64,000 bases of DNA from the human T2T-CHM13v2.0 reference genome, Homo sapiens. This document shows, piece by piece, positions 58,831 through 64,000 of this stretch (positions within the stretch are counted from its first letter, which is position 1; every line of letters begins with the position of its first letter). A model generated the notes under the pieces. It did not search any database, was not told where the DNA came from, and worked only from the letters and a program-made list of their open reading frames with translations. A program made the translations under genes and the position numbers. The stretch lies in NCBI RefSeq assembly GCF_009914755.1, contig NC_060944.1. One strand, written 5' to 3'.

Positions 58831-61800
58831 TTTTCAATGGACTATCTCTTCATTCATTTCTGAATCCGTCCACAATATTAAGGAAACCCCTTCATGTCGA
58901 CGCTCCCCGATTCCTCTTTCTCCTCCTACTTTTTCTTTTCTCCTTTCTCCCCCTCCTTCCCCCCTTTTTTCCCCTGGAAGAATTAGAAACTTGTTTGAAT
59001 CGTCTTCCTCGAACCCATTACTTTTCGTGCTTTTTTTTTTTTTTTGCTCGCTTTCCGTCTCTGTCTTTCTCAGCGCCCCCCCTCCTCCGCCCTTTCACGT
59101 GGGAGCTCGTCGCTCTGCCCCGTCGGAGGAGGGAAGTTGGTTCTCCAGGAGTCGGGGAAGCGTCGAGTTTGGATCCAGGGGCGGGAGTGGGCCTGCCACT
59201 GCTATTGTTACTCAGCTGCTAAATAAATAACTGGAGAGAAAAAAAGTTCCTCAACCCAAGCGTTGCAGCAAAGACCCTCCTTTTGTTCCTCCTCTTATTC
59301 CTCAGTCCTAAGGGGGTGGAGGCTGTCTTGGGGTCCAGGGCAGCCACTAGGTTGGGGACCCAGAATAGGATCTGGTTGGGCCAGGCAAATTCTTGGGTCA
59401 GGTGGCAAAGGGGTCTTTGGCAGCAAGTGTCGTTTCTCGCATATCCCCAGAGCCCTCTTAGGTGGGGGAGTGCCCGCAGAGGCCTCCCAAAGCGTGTTCA
59501 TTTCTTCAGCTGGGAACCACCTCGCTGAAGTTCCATGTAGTTCCCAACTTCTCTCCCCCTTCCCCAGCATAGTGACCCTTTCTTCTCAGGATCTAAATCA
59601 GCACCGCTGCTATTGATCAAGTCCCCTCCCCTCACCCGTGGGAGCCTGCAAGGTCCGCAGAGCGCCTGAGAGAGGATTGCTTTCCTAGGGGAATCCTGGC
59701 TCCTGGAATTAATCACGGGGAGGGAGTGCTGCCATAGGCGCCTAGAGAAGGAGGCCCTCAGCCCAGTTCTCAAAGGTCGGGTTTGCCTTTGCGCCTGCCC
59801 CTTAGCCTCAATGACCAGCCGAATCCTTCTGGGTCTCAGCTTGCGGTGTCCTCTTGTCGGAGCACCTGAGGCGCCCACTTCCCCTGCCCTCGCAGGACGC
59901 CTCCTGGACTCCGGCCCCTCCTACACTTTCACCCCAGCGAGTCTTCCAGTTTTTATTTCCCCTGGCCTGGGGGCAGCTGGGCAGGGAGGGAGAGAATTGG
60001 AGAGAGCTTCGGCCTTGCCTCCTCCGCGATCGGTGCTTCCGGGTCCACAGCACTCAGCCTCTCCCGGGACCTCGAGACTCATTTCCCCATCACTTCTCGT
60101 CCGTGTGGTTCCCGCGTCCATTTCCAGAGCGTTAACATTTGCAATTGAAAAGGCGCTGGGAGACCGCTGGGAGGTCCGTAATTGAAGGGGAGAAACTGGG
60201 CTTGTTAGTGGAAGATCATAAAATGCAAGTCCCCCAGGAGCGGCCTGTGGACGCCGGGAGGCCTGCGCAGGCCCAGCTGGCGGCCAGGGCAAGTCCGGTG
60301 CCCAGAGCACAGTCCAGTGTCTCCTCAATTTCTTGGGCCCGGCTTGCGCCCAAAGAGCCTAGGGGCCAGGCGCCAAACGCACCTTTTCTGTCCCAATTAA
60401 ACAGGTGATTGCATCCTGAGGACTCCCCAAGAGGCCTCCCCGAGAGTACCACAGCTAGGCCTTCTAGAGCCCAGGAGCTTTGGTTCTCTGCGATCCCGCA
60501 CACCCGCAGGCTGAGAGGCCCTGCCCCGCTCCCTTCCCCCTCCGGAGGGTTCTTCAGTAAGGGCCCACCACTCCCACCCTGTCAGCGTCTGCCTGCACCA
60601 GTTTCAGCTCCTGGTCTCCCCCACTCGGCATTCTTTAGTAAATTCTTTCCAGGTACCGTCTTGCACCCAAGCGAGTTCAATGTCCTCCGTTCCGTCAAGT
60701 TTGGGTTTGAGCTTTGGGCTCAGCTGCCGTGGTCTGGAGACCTCGTAGGCACTCTGCAAGATGCCTCGTTCTGCTGCATGCTTGGGGAGGAAGTTGAGCT
60801 GGGTGCTGGAAGTTCTGAACCCAGCATGCCCCGGGCCGGAGGAGATTTGCTTGGTGTCTCCTTAGCGTCCCGAACACCGCGCGCCCCTGCTGGGGTAACC
60901 TGAACAGCTGGACCCCTCAACTCGATCTTTATTATCAGCATTGGGGCTCCAGATTCCGTACACATCTCTAGCTCTATTCATTCTTCCTAGGTTGAGAACG
61001 GACGCATTGGGAGTCCTACGCCCGGGGGAAAGGCAGGAGAGGGGAGGAAGAGAACCTGTGCCCCTGGAAGCTAGAGGAGAGCCTCGCTCTCTCTGCTGCT
61101 CTGGGTTCCGCAACGAATTGAGTTCGGGTTCAGGCGGCTGGAGCGGGCGCGGGGAGGCTGAACAATCGCCGGAGGCCCAGGAGGGGAGGCGAATGTACAC
61201 AGGCTAAGTGGCCCCACTCCAGGACAAGTGGCCCTCTAAGTCGGCTCAGTGTTTACCTGTTTACTTTCCCAGGTAGCTCAAACACGAGCGCCTTTTCTGC
61301 GCTCCAGGGCACGGGGGCCGCCCAGAGGCACCCTGCTTTCCCGGCTTCTGCCCTCCCACGCCTCAGCTTTACGCCCCCTGTTGTGGGGGTGCGCTCTAAA
61401 CAACAGCAAACCAGGCAAGAAAGGAAGATACAGGAGAGCAGGCGAGGCCTCGGCACACCCTACGGAGGGGAGCCTTTCTTGTGCCTGTGGAAGAAGTGGG
61501 CTCCGTGGACGGCATCCGACCCTCCCCCCATCCCTGTTCTGGGCACCTCTTTGGAGACGGCGCTCGCATCCTTCCCCGTTCAAGCCGGTGGTGAAAGCTT
61601 GCAGTGCAGGTACCTGCCCCCTGTCCTCCTGGGGAGTAAAGGGCAGAGAAAGTCTTCGGGGGTAGGGGTGGGGTCTTGGGGCCTGCTCTAAAGAGGGGGC
61701 GACCTTGAGGAGCCCAAAGCTTCAGCAGCCCTAGGCGGCACACCTCACACTCCCCACCCACAAAAGCGCTTCCAATCATTAAACACACAAGGTCTTTTCC

Positions 61801-64000
61801 CTTTATTTGGAAACACTAATTTGTTTGACTTCATTTCATTTCTTCGTCTTTTTTTTGGAATGAAAAAGGGTTGAAAAGAAACTCCTTTCCTGGTACAGTA
61901 TGTGGCTGAGCTCTCAGGCCCTCGCACATCCCATCTCAGATAACAACCTTCAAGTGGATTAGTTTATTGTCTGGTTAGCGCCAAGGTGCAAGCGTTTGTC
62001 TTCATTCACTCCGGAAACAAAGCGCGTTGCACCTTCCTGCTCCAGCAAGGATTAACGGCGCGGACACAAAGGTTTTGTCGGAGGGGGAAGGTTTATTTTA
62101 TCTTGGGTTGGAGACTCAGAGCGTGGCATGCACTTGAAATCAATGGGGAAGGAAAATGTCACCCAATCTGGTCCCTGAGTGTGGCGATAAAGACGTTCAC
62201 CTTAAGGATGGCATCTCCAAAACAGCCCCACTTTGGCTTCGACTTCCAATGCGGGAGCAGGGGCTGCAGGAAGCAGAGGTGTCAGCTCTCACGTCCTGGA
62301 TGAAAGAAATAGGGGAATGCACCCCAGGAGTACTACCCCGTGCTGGGACCTTTGCTAACCAGAAAATGAAAATCCATCCCAGCTCCAATTGCCCTCACCT
62401 TCTGCCCCCGGAGAAGGAAACAGGGTCATAGGAAATCCCTTCTGTCTGTGGGGTGGCAGAGTGGAGTCTCTGGGTTGGGGAGGCCTAAAGCTGTGTGAGT
62501 CTGCAACTTTGGAGAGGCCAGACCGTGCCCGGCAGATCTCTGGCAGGAGAGACTCACAGCCATTGGACAGGTGGACGAGAAAGTGGGCATTAGTGTGAAA
62601 AGAAAGGAAATCTCAGCCTGCTTTGGGTTCAAGCCTAAGGTGAGTTTTTTTTTTTCCTTTGGTCCATATTATATTAACTCTTTAAATTGCCCCAGGAAGG
62701 GAAGAATGAGTGGATGCCTCCCAGATGGACAATCCTCCCAAGTCAACTAAGAAGGAGTTGGGTAGATAAGTTCTCCAGGCCCAGAGACTTTCAGATTCTG
62801 TGTCTGGGGGAAAATCCCCACCCCGTTCCTACAGAGTGGCGGGAACCCCATTGATGCCACGGAGAGAACTGATCCTGGGACCTAGAGCCTGGAGTCCCCC
62901 TGCGATTAACTGTGGATGCAGGAGGAAGGCATCTAGGTGAGCTCCCTTCTCCCTATTCTTTTTCAAGGCAAAATATACAACACTTTCCCAATTATCTGCC
63001 TCCCTCCCACCACAAAAGGGGCACATATCTCCCAAGGATGTAAATAGTAATAGAAATTAGTATTTGTCTTTCTATTAATCAGCTTCATTGTGTGGGCATA
63101 AGACCCTGCGGGCATATGTTAGGACTTTGATAAATGCACTTTAATGAGATCTTTAAAAATGCATCCAATAAAATAAAAGGCGAGGAAAGCCGTTTAACTT
63201 TCATGGATGTTAAATTGAACACGAACTGTGGCTCCGGGCACGCTACAAAATGGAACCGGCCTCTCTCCAATATTTTCTTTAAAAACCTAGCTTTAAGCCC
63301 CCCTCGGGCCAAACGAGCCTGTCCCAGCCAATCCATTATCACCGGTTTATTGGGGAACCAAACGCCACGTCCCCCTGGGCGAACTCCTTGGCTTTATTCG
63401 TTCGCGCTGCTCTAATGACTAAATATGTTACAATGAGATTACGCATCGTCAGTGTTGCCTTCAGGAACGTTCTTTCAGCCAAGCCCGACCTTCCCCGGAT
63501 GAGGGCGATTTCAATACGGGAGATCTGGGTTTCTCCAGGAAACACGCGCTGAAAGCACTCTCTTATCTGAATTTACTTCTTAACACGTGACAAAATCATT
63601 ACCACAAGACTTTGGAAAACAAGCGGCTCTCCTAACGGGTTGCATTCAGCACTTAAAGCTGGGTCGGGCAGGCTGATGTGAAAAGTAGTTGTCGGTGGCG
63701 CGGAGAAGGCACGCTCTTAGCTGGAGCTAAGGGCTGGTTCCGGGAAGGACAGGGAATGCACCCTTGGGCCCTCGGGCACAGAGAGGGGGTTCCTAGGGCT
63801 CTGTCTCTCTCTCTCCAATGTGAGCCCCAGAGGTTCACAACCTTCCCCTAGACGCAACGTCCCCTTTCCACCCCCAAGAGCCACTAAAGTCGAGAAGGCG
63901 CCAGAGGAGCTCCAAAGGGCCTCCTGGTAGTGTGTGCGTGTGTGTTGTGGGAGGAGGTTGGGGCGGAGGGGGCGCCCCTCGGAGACAAGGACCCCACCGA

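Larger units (their letters stand above)
50200..61650. promoter_or_regulatory. Cluster of CpG islands spanning the NKX2-2 gene body, promoter and flanks
   Basis: Sustained CpG-rich sequence interrupted by short AT-rich segments; boundaries by eye. Confidence 0.7.

Noticed and set aside
60878-60894. CTCF-like motif (also ~15481 and ~61371)
   Set aside because: Each deviates from the core consensus by an indel or key mismatch; unsupported without ChIP data

Overview
This is human (primate) genomic DNA containing the complete two-exon homeobox gene NKX2-2 on the minus strand (CDS 56309-56051 plus 55125-54563, 273 aa), i.e. the chr20p11 NKX2-2 locus. The left ~47 kb is gene-free and repeat-dense. 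It holds about 16 Alu elements or monomers, a 3.6 kb 5'-truncated L1PA, old L1M/L2/MIR/MaLR/ERVL/DNA-transposon fossils, a MER85 piggyBac MITE, a tailless 5S rRNA retrocopy, and processed pseudogenes of HSD17B12 and GSTM3. The right ~16 kb is GC/CpG-rich and almost free of transposons. It contains NKX2-2, its promoter (TATA/CArG, FOXA plus E-box, NKX sites) and a GLI/SOX/FOX enhancer about 1.9 kb upstream. I do not see a new protein-coding system: nearly all other ORFs are Alu/L1-derived or GC-rich shadow frames. The best leads are cis-regulatory: a splice acceptor upstream of the TATA box that would add uORFs to distal-promoter isoforms, an overlapping CArG/TATA, an orphan CpG island with promoter and donor-like signals, a tandem TAATCT array, and several motif-dense unique islands. 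There are also several unusual rearrangement and retrotransposition scars. Repeat family names and boundaries of old elements are by eye and approximate.
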